This document shows, in pieces, positions 13,178 to 25,795 of a DNA stretch of 64,000 nucleotides. The stretch spans positions 1,057,565 through 1,121,564 of the forward strand of contig NW_018408895.1 of the NCBI RefSeq assembly GCF_002113885.1, given 5' to 3'. The notes beneath the pieces are model-generated. The model did not search any database and was not told where the DNA came from. It saw only the letters and a list, made by a program, of their open reading frames with translations. The DNA comes from Mizuhopecten yessoensis (Eukaryota). The position numbers were made by a program, and so were the translations under genes. The first letter of the stretch is position 1. Each line of letters begins with the position of its first letter.

Positions 13178-13681
13178 ACTTAACACCAGAATAATGCTAC
13201 ATCACTTGGCAGGTAGGACGTTTTAAGCACAAAGTATATTTAGCCCTAGTATAGCTCAAATCATTAGCCCAAGCACCAGAAGGATTCTAATCACTTCTAG
13301 ATATGGAGAATCCTTTAAATTAGGATCCAGATGTGACAGGCTACAGCAACATGTGACATTTAAAGATGAAGCTTCAATCAATCATATTTACATTGATGAC
13401 CAACATCAAATGAAAATCTAATATAACTCAGGCTAATGACGCTGAGAGGCAGGATTGGTTGGCCTTGAGGTTGAAAGTGTTTGAACCCCTTGCCCTGTTA
13501 CAGCGAAGCTTTGACTTCTGGCATCAGGGGGAACTTGGGTTGGAGGTTCACTAACTTTTTATTGGAAACTTTTTCTAATATGACAATAGTTTTGATGAAT
13601 CATTGCTGAAAAAAATGTCATACCTTACAGAACTTAATGAAGAAATAATGCAGATGAAATCAACAAAAATTAATCAACAAA

Positions 13682-13758
13682 GGTGGGTGGACCAGGATTC
13701 GAATCCTGGACTTCTGATCATTATATTGTCACTCTTGACAAACTACGCTACCTGTGTA
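13682..13758 (-). pseudogene. tRNA-like sequence (SINE head or tRNA pseudogene)
   Basis: Minus strand GGTAGCGTAGTTTG (A-box-like) ... CCAGGATTCGAATCCTGG (T-arm/B box); no intact cloverleaf. Confidence 0.5.
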
Positions 13759-14017
13759 TGTTGGTACCCTGGCAAAGTCGCTGTACGGTTATCTACGCTG
13801 AAGTTAAGGGAAGGTTATTCTGCATACAAACAACTACAGTGGAACTCTAGATTTTTCTTGAAAGGGACAGGACTCCTTAGACCAATAATATAACTATTCT
13901 TTATGTTGGGACAGCTTTTGGTCAAATTATCATGTGACGATTGTTGTTGTATGTATTTATGTAAAATACTCATGGAATTTTGACTACACCTTCCTTAACC
14001 CGAGAGATCCAAACACC

Positions 14018-14477
14018 TACAAGCAATCCTGTTTTAAGAGTCCACCCTCGGGAAGTCCAAAATGTAGTCCTATGACACAGGGGGTCTTTTAACACAGGTT
14101 CAATTCACAATGAAATAACTGCATTGGGACGCATTACATGTGGTCTCTTAACACATGTGGTCTCTAAGCACAGGTAGTCTCTAAGCACAGGTAGTCTCTT
14201 AGCACAGGTGGTCTCTTAACACAGGTGGTATCTTAGCACAGGTGGTCTCTTAACACAGGTGGTCTCTTAATACAGGTTTAATTCACGATGAAATTACTAC
14301 ATTGTCATTGGGGTGCATTAAAGGTGGCTTCTTAAAACAGGTGGCCTCTTAACAGAGGGGGTCTCTTAACACAGGTTTAATTCACAATGAAATTACTACA
14401 TTGGGGCACATTACATGTGGTCTCTTGGCACAGGTGGTCTCTTAATGGAGGTGGTTGCATGAGTATGTTTGACCATA
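14018..14477. mobile_element. Degenerate MITE with internal 19-bp tandem repeats
   Basis: Left end TACAAGCAATCCTGTTTTAAGAGTCCACC is inverted relative to repeated (A/G)CACAGGTGGTCTCTTA units; larger period marked by TTCAC(A/G)ATGAAAT near 14104, 14282, 14381. Confidence 0.7.
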
Positions 14478-15736
14478 TGATGGTCTGTGTCTGTTTTTTC
14501 AACCCCTGAGGAATTGAGGTCTGTTGTGTTGGTAGATTGACTGAATGAGTGAAAACCGTTATACTGTAGACTATGTCCATAATATCAATCTGCAGGTCAT
14601 TTAATGGTTTCGTCTTTCGGGTACAAGACAGTAAATGGTTATTTATTATTAACTACTGGCTGGATATTCTATTGTCTGTGGAATGAAAGTGTTAAATGTC
14701 TATATAATTGCCACTGGCAGTATTTTGTGATGCACACTTGCTTCAGAAATTATTTTCATCACTCTTCTTCCTACTTCTACATGATTTCACAGATTAATGA
14801 AAGGTTATTTGTATTGAACTACACCTTAAATTTCCCCTGCAAAAGACTTGGTAAATTTCAAAAACATTAACATTACAACAAGTGTTTTTAAAAAATTTGG
14901 CTTAATAATGTAAAAAATTTCATGACTCTTTAGATTGTTCAGAGTGTGTGTTTGCAATGGTTCTGAAAGTTACGTTTTATATATATTTACAATATAGATA
15001 ATCTATTAATGAATATTTGTGTTTTTACTCTTTTCTATTCAACACAAGAAATAGTCATATTGATTTTTTTTTCCCCAGTTTCAACTGATGGTCCATTTCC
15101 TAAAAAAAACTGATAAACCCTGCAACTGTTCATTTTAAAACTGTGAAAAATGTCAGTATCACTCCAAAACAGATGTTTCTGGAAAATTTTATTTTTGTAA
15201 AATACAAAGAAAGGAATTTTATAAGAAATCTCTGCAGTTGTAGAGACCATCAGTCAATTTATGATATAGGTAAGGTCAGTCAAACGATGACCTTGAAATC
15301 GGAACACCTGGCCCTTATCACGGAAAACTACTAAGAGCAACTAGTCCTGTGAGGCACACAAATTTTGAAACTTTGATGCTTCCTGAATGCTGAGTAGAGA
15401 AAAGATAACGAGGAATTGATAGGGGTGAAATTACAAATTTTACGATATGATTTACAAGATATTTCTTAGAATAAATATATACACCTGTTTGGTTTACTGT
15501 AGGTGATACTCTGTACACACCTATGATAATTCATTATTTCTTTCAGTCTGTAAAGAGGTTTATTGTTAGCTCAACAAATAGTTCATGACTTCTGTACACT
15601 GATATATATGTAACTTACAGCTTGTCATGTGCTAATGTTTCATGCTGGTTGTCCACAGGAAGATTAATAGAAAGTCTTTCCCGTACAGGAAGTGTGAAAA
15701 CTAGTCCCATGTAGGAGATCATGTCTAATATAATAG

Positions 15737-15862
15737 TTCCCCACTTTAAGGATAAGACAGAAAAATCTCAACCCAAGGGGTAAAATTCTTAAATGTCTAG
15801 CCTGATGCATTGCTGAGGGCAGGACATTTAAATATTTTCTGTCTTACTACTAAAGTGGGGAA
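15737..15862. mobile_element. Fold-back (palindromic) element with deletion in the right arm
   Basis: TTCCCCACTTTA..TAAGACAGAAAA..TTAAATGTC versus GACATTTAA..TTTTCTGTCTTA..TAAAGTGGGGAA. Confidence 0.7.
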
Positions 15863-16545
15863 TATTTATTTTTGTCTAATAGAACCAGTCTTTTTTCTAA
15901 TCAGTTCTTCTAAAGAACAAGGTTTTCAAAGAGAACCAGTCCTTTTTTGGACCTGGGTGGAAAGTCTGAAGAACTACATGGTCATATGAAACCAGTCCTA
16001 TCTTTGACCAGGTCTTCTGAGGAACTGTGTATTTATAGAGAGAGAGTCGTACTGATAGAGGTTAATGCCTCCTTGGTCTTAGCCCTATTGTAATCGTTGG
16101 TATGAATTGGCATATGGACATGTCTGGCATCCTGTCAACAAAGAACACATGTGGTAGTGATGTCTCTGTATAAGATACCACTCTCTATGTTTCTGTGACA
16201 ATGTAAGATTCAAAAAGCACCAAACAGATACAAAAAATGGCTTTGGGATATGATCTAATGCCAAATAAAGTTTTGAATTTCTTTGTGGTGTTACCAGTTT
16301 AAGATCTGTTATGAAAATGAAAGAGAATTTTCATTGTTCACTGATGATTGATGAAATAACGACACTGTTTAGACTGTATTTGTGTATATTTTGAAGTAAT
16401 AAGTGGATTGTTAGCTGTCAGTTCTGTTTCCGCCTGGAAGGGATAAGGAGGACAGTTGACTAGTGAACTGTGGGTACATGTTAGAGGAGCATTTACCTCC
16501 GACACCCGAGATGTGTCAGGCAGATATAGCTTGTATCAGTTTCTA

Positions 16546-16676
16546 CCAAGTGGTTATATTAAGGCGTCTGGTATTCTGCTACCACTGGCCCTCCACCACT
16601 GGGTCGCAGGTTCGAGACCTACGTGGAGCAGTCACCAGACACTGGCCGTAGGTCGGTGGTTTTTCTCCCGGGACCT
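16546..16676 (+). mobile_element. 3'-truncated tRNA-derived SINE (family B)
   Basis: AGTGGTTA..AAGGCGTCTG..GCCCTCCACCA..GGTTCGAGACC (B box)..GGTCGGTGGTTTTTCTCCCGGG; homologous to 53047-53225(-). Confidence 0.75.
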
Positions 16677-16949
16677 TGTGAGGCCCTTTTTTTGCCGATG
16701 AGCTGTTGATGTGAGGTCCTTGTTTTGTCGTTGAGTGTGGATGTGAGGTCCTTGTTTTGTCGTTGAGATGTGGGTGTGAGGTCCTTGTTTTGTCGTTGAG
16801 TGTGGGTGTGAGGTCCTTAATTGTTTTGTCGTTGAGATGTGGGTGTGAGGTCCTTAATTGTTTTGTCGTTGAGATGTGGATGTGAGGTCCTTGTTTTGTC
16901 GTTGAAATGTTGATGTGCGATCCTTGTTTTGTCGTTGAGATGTGGGTGT
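16677..16949. repeat. Minisatellite, 31-36 bp unit, ~8 copies
   Basis: TGTGAGGTCCTTGTTTTGTCGTTGAG(A)TGTGG(A/G) repeated. Confidence 0.93.
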
Positions 16950-19900
16950 AGTAGTCTGCTACACACAGCTTTAACTGTTACCACAGTAAACAAGAATCAC
17001 ACAGGATACTTCTACTTTTGTCTCTTTTTGTTCTAGTTGACAGCTCATGTTCATTTTGATGCTTTTCGTGTGATAACAATATCTCAATTCACAAAAAAAA
17101 TGGACATTTTCCTTTTTCGTGATTCATTACAAGCAAGCTGGGACCAAAATAGACCAATTATGTGTTACGACAGGTTGTGTGTGTACCTACTTTTGTTCTG
17201 TTAGTATCAAGAACTCCATTCAATAATTACACTGTAACCATGTGCAGCTGAATGTCTATTTAATTGGATGTAATTTTCTTGAAGAATTCTTTCATAAATG
17301 AATTTGACAGAAATGGTAAGATTATGTAGAATTAATCTGCCATAGTTAGGTTTTTTGCTAAAATTTAATTTGATTTACATCTAAGGAAGAGATATTGACA
17401 CGTAAGAAGTCCATTTACACCTCAAGGCGCTGTCTCATTGAGTTAGAAGTTTAGTAAGCTATATGTCTTACACTCTGCATGCTATTTAACCACTGTCTTC
17501 TGTCGTTTTAATGAGACTGAAATGATGGAGAGAAATGAAAAATAATGACAAAGGAATTCATTTCCAAGTTTTGTAAGGATCACTTTTTATAAAAACAAGT
17601 CAATATTTAAAATAGATTTTGCTTTCCCCATTTTTAAAGGACTGTAAAGGGACTTGAGGCACTCGTGTATCACCGGTATACACCATTTATAAACGTTTCC
17701 CATGTTGAACAGTGTGGCTGTCACAGATTTTGATTCAATTGTACAAATAACCAGCTCAGCATGGCTTGTACGTTTGCCATGAAGTGATGAAGATGGTAAG
17801 AATCTGTTGAATCTATAGCTTCACTTAACTTCCTATCAAGGGTGTGTTTTGTTTTCCAATCACTACTTCGATTGATTTTCCACGGTGAGACATACAGTGT
17901 ACATGTCATAGCCTTAACTCCCCACATCTTCTGATCTTACTGAAAGTGCATGCTCCTCACAGTAATTGATCTGGCCACTGAGATTAATTATTTTGACTTG
18001 GTATCAATGTTTTGTTTGTTAGATGACCACTTGAGCTAAGGTTCCATGGTTAAATAACAGGTCGAGCCGAGACAAAATTGACCGGATGTGAGTGATGGTG
18101 TTCTACCAGCATGGTGTGGAGTCTTCCTTACTTAAAGCATCATGATAATCAAGATCACTTTTGAAGGACCGCTGGTATTTGCTTTAAGCTTTTTGATAAC
18201 CAAGATCATGTGTGTGGAGTGCAAAATATTTCTACTATAATTTTTAAAAAGTTGTCATTATTTAGAATATAAATGGTAAAAATCCTATTTGGAAATCAAT
18301 TCTTTTTCATTTCAGGAAATTTGAAATCACTGCTTGAAACTGATCAGTGTAAATGTGGAATATACATGATGGAGGGATATTTTGGCCTATTCAATAACTT
18401 GGAGAAATAATTTGATTCTTTTTGTTTCAGATTCGAATATTGTTTGATCTGAAAACAGATGTCTCCATGAAGGAGTTGATTAATAAATAGTTTTCTGTTT
18501 TTTTGTCAATCTTTTAAAGTAAGATAAAATAATATGTCCTTATTTTATTTTCCTAATAAATTATAATGAGAAGTTTCCCTGTTTTCATATTCAGAAGAAT
18601 TGTTATGAAAACAGTAAAGAGGCTTAAAAAGAAGGAAAAATATCTCTTGTAATTATTTCTTGATTCTTGAAAACATCTCTGTTGCCACAGGGGTTTTATC
18701 TAAGGACCTCCTGATCATAAAACAGGTTGTTTTTATTATCCTCTGTGCAACTGGTTATGACATTTGAAATGTTAAAACTTTTCTGAAACAGAGTTTGGAA
18801 AAATTTCAAAATGTTCTAGCCCTTAAAAGACTTGCAATCTATATAGTTGTATGAATATAAAGGAAGCGCTGCATAGTTAACAGGAAAATAAGTTTTCAAG
18901 GGCTCAGTAAAGTAGAGGTGGCACTCTCTTCCTTTACATGGTGATCAGACATATAACAATGGTGATGTAGATGTCTGGCGGAATATTTTCTCCACAAAAA
19001 CTACACAAACATAGCTCCATTCAGAAAGAACATCTAATTTAGTTTCTGCGGACAGTGCTACTCCTTAGGGCCAGATATTGTAGCTGTTTGGCAGCCTTGG
19101 TTCTGTGGAGATTCTTACCGGTCAGTGATTAGAACAGATAGGTATGGAAGGCCATCCCTGTCGCAATGCATAAACCTACTTCTGCAAATATATAGCCCTG
19201 TGAGTGATTTGGCATTCACAAGACTGCTACTTGCCTGCCTTATATGTATCCCCTATCCAGCAGTGTGTGCCATAAATAATTAGATCATGGATTGTAGAAA
19301 GAAACAATGTCATTTTATTTGCATGTATAAATGGCTGGATGAATGACTCGTCTAACTTCACACTAGCACCTTCTTTGTGTGCATTTTTAGTACACGTCTG
19401 GGCGCACAGTGAAGTTTACGATCATGTTCAGGTTGCATGTTTTTGGATCTGCGGAGAATTCTTATTTAACACTGAAGTTCATTGGCAATGACTTTTATTT
19501 TACAGGAAATAGGCTGACTTGTTGCTTACTGTCACAACATGCACAAAGTAAAGGCAGAAATCTTGTGATAGGGGGATGTTATCTTTGTAGGATAAACTAG
19601 CATGGAAACACTAGCCTGCTACCATCGTCATTTTGGGTAGGAGTTATTTTTCATAATCATATGGATCTAAAGAAACTTTTCTGATAATTACGTAGTTTTT
19701 GCAATGAAAATAAACATGAAAATTTGATAAAACCTTGAAAATTTGTATTTAAATAGAATTATTTCCTGGACAAGAATTATTAGTAAATTAATTGTATCAC
19801 TTGTGCAGTCATCTATAGTTAATGTGACAATCAATCATACAATGTATTAAAACTGTCATTTAGAGGAAGAAACATTGCTGATGTTAACATTATAGCTTTG

Positions 19901-19958
19901 ATGTGGAAAATAAATATAGAGTTTTGATTAAGTCTTGAAAAAATAACAATCATCATAA

Positions 19959-20347
19959 TTTTTAGCTCACCTGGTCCGAAGGGAACCAATTTTGTATAAA
20001 CGGTGTGTCTAACCCCACTGGAGGCAGAGAGGCGGGGCCAAATAGGGGAAATAGAGGTAAAACCTTTAAAATCCTCTTCTACCAGCGAGATTGAGGGACT
20101 TTTTCCTTATTTAGTCTGGAGCATCCTTGGGCCAAGGTGTCTCAATTTTGTATAATTGGTGGGTATAGGGGCATAGGGGTGGGGCTCTGTTTGAAGTTTG
20201 TTCTCGCTATATCTCAAGTACTGGATGGATCTTTCTGAAATTTCATATGTACTTAAAGCACCTACCATGGAGTGCTATATCTTTACTTCATACCAATTAT
20301 TTTAAACATATTCAGGTGAGCGATACAGGCCCTCTGGGCCTCGTGTT
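19959..20347 (+). mobile_element. HINE/Helentron-type non-autonomous element (internally deleted)
   Basis: 5' TTTTTAGCTCACCTG; 3' CAGGTGAGCGATAC + stem-loop AGGCCC-TCT-GGGCCT + CGTGTT. Confidence 0.85.
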
Positions 20348-20629
20348 ATGAAAACATTTCCAGAAAAATATTACTAATAAATTGAATGTATCCCACGTGC
20401 AGTCATCTAAAATTACTGTGGCTGTCAGTCCTACAATATATTAAAACTGTCATATCATAGGCTTTGTGTTAGCAGCTGTGATAACAACCTAATGAAGTAC
20501 AAAGGTGCATATATAGAATTATTTAACACTTCCAGTTTTGTTGTGTGTGTTAGTGTTGAGCTTATCCTCTATGTCCACAGTAATAGGCAAAGTGCCTTTT
20601 GCGACATGCTGTTAGCAAGTGAAAAATAC

Positions 20630-21068
20630 ACAGGCCTTTAGTGCCTCTTACCTAAGATCATGTCTCAGCTATTAATACAGACCATTAGTGCCTTTTGCTT
20701 AAGATCATGACTCAGCTATAAGTACAGGCCTTTAGTGCCTCTTACTTAACGTCATGTCTCAGCTTTTAGTACAGGCCTTCGGTGCCTCTTACTTAACGTC
20801 ATGTCTCAGCTTTTAGTACAGGCCTTCGGTGCCTCTTACTTAACGTCATGTCTCAGCTTTTAGTACAGGCCTTTAGTGTCTTTTACATAAGATCATGTCT
20901 AAGCTATTAGTACAGGCTTTTAGTGCCTCTTACTTGAGATCATGTCTCAGCTGTTAGCATGTCAATAATAAACAGGCCTTTAGTGCCTCTTACTTGAGAT
21001 CATGTCTCAGCTGTTAGCATGTCAATAATAAACAGGTCTTTAGTGCCTCTTACTTTCAATCATGTCTT
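20630..21068. repeat. Minisatellite, 47 bp unit (last units 60 bp), ~9 copies
   Basis: ACAGGCCTTTAGTGCCTCTTACTTAA..TCATGTCTCAGCT.TTAGT repeated. Confidence 0.95.
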
Positions 21069-22296
21069 GCTCATTAATAAGTGATTGGGCATAAGTATCA
21101 TTCAATAAGCTAGGATAAATGTTTTCATCAGGTAGAATCATTTGATCTCCACACAGATTAATTCGCCAATCACCACTGAAGGATGTGTAGGTAGATAAAA
21201 GCTCCAGGAATCTGTGTCGGTGCCCTTCTACCCCGCTACAAACAGATGTGTAGCTCCATAGAGGTATTGATATCTAGCTCTCACCTATCTGTCGCTGGTG
21301 ATAAGGGGACTTGGAGCATGCCTGCCTACGCTCATCATCTGGAGGAATAGAGGCTCTGTTTCCAGGAGGATTTCCCTGACTGTTGGACATAATACTAATC
21401 TATCTACTTGTAATCTGTAAAGTCAATTAATACATTAGGTTTAGAGATGAAAGATCATGTGTCTTTGCACTTTGTGTATGGGGAGTACTCCTAGCCTGGG
21501 TGTATTGTTCGCTCTGATGTACTCCAAGCCTGGATGTTTTCAAAGTCCAAGCAGACACTCCGAGCAAGAGTGAACTGAAAGCCAAGTATCATCCTAGCCT
21601 AGGTATATTCCTTACTCATGCACAACACTTCTATCACGTACCCCTAACCTAGATGTACTCCAAACCTGAGTATAGGTGTTCCAGGCTCTGCACACCACTC
21701 CTAGCTGAAGTGTACCCAGGTGTAGTTGAAACTTGTACAGACAAGGCCATTATTAATGTAATTAAAAGGACCTGTCCAGTCTTACTGAGGATTTAGGATA
21801 GTTAACTCACTCAATCTAACTGTAATGTAATACATCTTGCTGTCAAGGATACAACATACAAATTTTATCAGTTTTATTATTTAAATGAAAGAAAAAGACA
21901 TACAAAAAAAAATGCTTTGTCAAATAATCTTCACTACCGAACCTTATTATCAGGAATCATGTTTTCCTCTAACAAATGATAATGATATAAAGCAGAATGT
22001 ACTGTTTAAGAGTTTGATGTCATCAGGTGGCTGTGTGGGTAATTAATCCTATGTATAAGACTTCTGTTGTGACGAATGGTCGAGTTAGGATTGTCAATTC
22101 TATTTATAAGTAGTTTTTGGCGCCAGGTGGGTGTTGTGATTCTTTGTACATTGTATATGATTTTTATGACGCCTGCCTGGGTGTCTTTTACGTATACCAT
22201 GTGATTCTTGGTATAAATTGGATGTCTTGTGATTCTGTATAAGATTGTGTTGCCATGAGATTACAGTAAGGAACGACGTAAGATTGGGAACGTAAT

Positions 22297-22425
22297 ATTT
22301 TCGTGCCATCAAGTGACTATTAGAAAGGTCTTTTGCTTGTATACACCAGAGTTTTCGTGCCATCAAGTGACTATTAGAAAGGTCTTTTGCTTGTTTACAC
22401 AAGAGTTTTCTTGCTATCAAGTGAC
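22297..22425. repeat. Short tandem duplication, ~55 bp, 2.3 copies
   Basis: TTTTCGTGCCATCAAGTGACTATTAGAAAGGTCTTTTGCTTGT x2 plus a partial third copy. Confidence 0.85.
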
Positions 22426-23569
22426 AGTTGGTGACGTCTTATGTCTGTGACATATGCTTTGTAATTGATTTGCAAATGTGCATTGCATGAGTATACATTG
22501 AATCGGGGCCCAAACATCACCTATCAAGGCCAGACAAATGGCTATATAGGACACATTCTGTTGTTTTCCTGGGGTTACCTTTTGAAGTTATCTGTGTTAA
22601 TGGTAGATCATTATGTAACTTCGTGTCGTAGCCTTTGCTGGTTGAAGGAACATCTGTGTTCCAAAGTTAATGGGGCTACCGTAGGGGCAATCCGTACTGT
22701 AGGAGGTGAAAGTAATAGCATAAACAACACTTCGGATATTTGTTTAATGGAAGTCAGGAGTCCTCTAATTACCTTGTGTCACAAATTTCGATAGAAAGAC
22801 ATCTTAATTGGGCCCTTGACTGATTGTTTTGGTGGGGGAAATTGGTTTTTGACTTCCTTTAATTTACTGTTGTAGGGAAATAACTGTGGAATACTGGAAA
22901 AGAAAACATCAATTGAAAAGGAATTGAAAAAGGAAAATAAATTTGAATGTATGCAGGGTTTACCGTGTTGTTGCCCTATTGATGAAAGGAATCACGTTGG
23001 TTCAGATAATGTAACAGTCACGTGTCTCAGGAGGTCTTTTTATAATGTGAGATTATCATAAACATGTATTATAATTAATGAAGATCAATTTCACCAAAAT
23101 ATCATATCAAGAAATAAGAAAATACAATTATACTCCTTAATTCCCAAGTACATATACATACATACAAATGTAGTATTTTTTTTATATTTTTTTTTGGTAA
23201 ATTAATCTTTATTGTGTCATTCTCCAGGAGGTACCAAAAACAGTAATGGCCTCTTTTTCAATCGCATTTTATAAACTAATATGTATGAATAAGATGAAAT
23301 CTTTAGGTTACTAGTTCAAGTTTTTTGCTAAAGATTTACCAGTTTTAATTTTCCAGCTCAAGTTTAAAGCATGAAATATTGACCAGTTATAGGTTTTGGT
23401 ATTGTTGAATTGTAAGTGGTGTCTGATCGATTAAAACAGACTTTATTAGTCTATTTATAGACATGACTTATGCCTGTTTCAGGTATTACAACACAATCTT
23501 TTGCCAGATTAAGAGCATCACTTTGAAAGTTGGGTGAGACCACAATCTATTATGTAAACAATTATTTCT

Positions 23570-23945
23570 CATAATAAATAAAATACATAAATATACAACA
23601 TTTGATATAGCGCCCTATCTAGCTAACATAAGCCATTCTAAAGCGATTTACAGTACATAGCTATACAATTTAATAAAAATGTATACAATTAGCATATATA
23701 TCAATCTATACAATATTGAGGAATTCGCAGGAGATGACTTATCAGGCGCTTACTACTAGTCCTATACCACCTGGCTAATATCTCCCTATGTGTGTATGCC
23801 TGCGTGTGTGCTGGAGATGTATTGTGTTCTGTTTGTAGTGGGACTGTGCTTCCAACGATACCATTTATAGTGCCACCTAACTTAAATGCTACAGCACAGA
23901 TACCACAACGTCCAGACCATTTTATACTTCACCTGGGTTGTTGGA
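23570..23945 (-). mobile_element. Old SINE/LINE remnant with L2-like 3' tail and Meta-like central domain
   Basis: Minus strand TGTAAATCGCTTTAGAA...GGCGCTATATCAAAT + AT-rich tail resembles L2-type 3' ends; AGTATAAAATGGTCTGG...GGTGGCACTATAAA resembles the MetaSINE domain (recognised from memory, not aligned). Confidence 0.5.
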
Positions 23946-23977
23946 GTTGTGCGGGAAGGAGAAAAACACTTTTCAAT

Positions 23978-24092
23978 TTATACTCGCAAAACACCTCAGT
24001 ACTCAACACATATACTCACAAAACACAGTCGTACCCTCCATTTATACTCACAAAACACCTCAGTACTACACACTTATACCCAAATGACACCT
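23978..24092. repeat. Degenerate ~32 bp tandem repeat, ~4 copies
   Basis: TATACTC(A/G)CAAAACAC recurs. Confidence 0.75.
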
Positions 24093-24444
24093 AGTTGTAT
24101 ATTGATATTAGCAGTCCTGTAATCATTGGAAATAACTTATGGAATTCTGAAAGGAAACAGTGAATGTAATTTTCACCTTTTTAGCTCTCCGCAGTAAGGA
24201 TGAATTTTTCTTGCATTGCAGACAGATATCCCACGTCATACCCTGTGCTAGATTTTTCTTTTCCAGTCTGTCATGTACCTTTATGCAACATTTTACGGAA
24301 TATTTACACAGCAATGTCATTCGTTTTTAGCGGAAACATTCAAATGTAGCTTAAGTAGTGTAGAGGCCATATTTATTTGATATTTGATACTTGTAGTCTC
24401 AAGCGAAATTAGATAGCTTTTTCAAACTAAACGGTGCAAGAGAA

Positions 24445-24607
24445 AAAATCAATTACCTATTACGTAGCGAGATTGGGTTATCCCAGTCCAGGGCTAAGAT
24501 TCTGTAACATCCCAACCTTCACTGGTGCCTCAATTGGGATTATGTTACAGAATCTTATCCCTCAACTAAGGTAACCTGATCTCGCTTAGTTACAGCTAAT
24601 AGATTTT
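24445..24607. mobile_element. Fold-back (palindromic) element, diverged arms
   Basis: AGCGAGAT..GGTTA..AGGG.TAAGATTCTGTAACAT versus ATGTTACAGAATCTTA.CCCT..TAACC.GATCTCGCT. Confidence 0.7.
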
Positions 24608-25368
24608 AGTAATCATGACAGTGAATATTAGTACACAGTTTACCCTTTATCATTATTTCATGTGAAGGGCCTAATTTTAACTGGGCGAATATTTGACTAG
24701 GTATACAGTAGTTTTTTTATCAAAGAAAACTCTAGTTTTCCCCTAAAACACATTGAACTGAGGCCAGGACACAGATGTTACTTGGCAGAATAACTTTACT
24801 GGATAAATTGTTATAGTATCTGTTTCTCTTAACTTGCCCTGGTTTATTATTTCTGTGCTGAGGTAATGATAAGTGCTGTCTTTTAGGCAATAATTACTGT
24901 GGCAAAGAAGAATTTTTTAATGGCAATGAAGGAATTCTTTTTAATGAAATAAAATAATTGTAACCGGTAGGAGGAGCAACAGGAAGGTGACTTGTATCCC
25001 GTTGGTTTCTAAATTAGATACGACCTTGGCTACTGTCAGGTGTTAATCTGTCGGTAATTAAGACAAAACAGACACACCGGCAGTCATTAACATCACCTCC
25101 ATCATCATTACAAGCCCTGTTCATTACTTCCTCACACATTTGTGAGGAAAATGTACCTTAATCAAAGCCCATCCCATCTCTTAGTTACCTGGTAAATACT
25201 CGCCGCCCATCACATAGTAACAGAAGTGAGCAAATACTACAATAACGATAGCAAGGGATGTCTGTCTAGTGTACGATAGCAAGGGATGTCTGTCTAGTTT
25301 ACGCTAACCTTGGAAATGAATTCGGTGGTGGCATATCAATAACAGAATATTTAGTAACCATCCATCAA

Positions 25369-25795
25369 GAGTGTTGAGTTTAGGGTAGCCATGATTCGAG
25401 TCCCGAGTCTTGAGTTTAGGGTAGTCATGATTGGAGTCCCGAGTCTTGAGTTTAGGGTAGCCATGATTAGAGTCCCGAGTCTTGAGTTTAGGGTGGCCAT
25501 GATTTGAGTCCCGAGTCTTGAGTAAAGGGTAGCCATGATTCAAGTCCTGAGTCTTGAGTTTAGGGTAGTCATGATTCAAGTTTCGAGTCTTGAATTTAAG
25601 GTAGCCATGATTCAAGTCCCGAGTCTTGAGTTTAGGGTAGCCATAATTCAAGTCCCGAGTCTTGAGTTTAGGGTAGCCATGATTCGAGTCCCGAGTCTTG
25701 AGTTTAGGGTATAGTCATGATTCGAGTCCCGAGTCTTGAGTTTAGGGTAGTCATGATTCGAGTCCCGAGTCTTGAGTTTAGGGTAGCCATGATTT
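25369..25795. repeat. Minisatellite, 36 bp unit, ~12 copies
   Basis: GAGTCTTGAGTTTAGGGTAGCCATGATTCGAGTCCC repeated. Confidence 0.97.

Noticed and set aside
23470-23490. TTTCAG|GTATTA as a second ratchet point
   Set aside because: Weak donor, short pyrimidine tract, no strong downstream donor seen
25369-25795. TTTAGGG/TTAGGG motifs as an interstitial telomere
   Set aside because: One motif per 36-bp unit, never tandem
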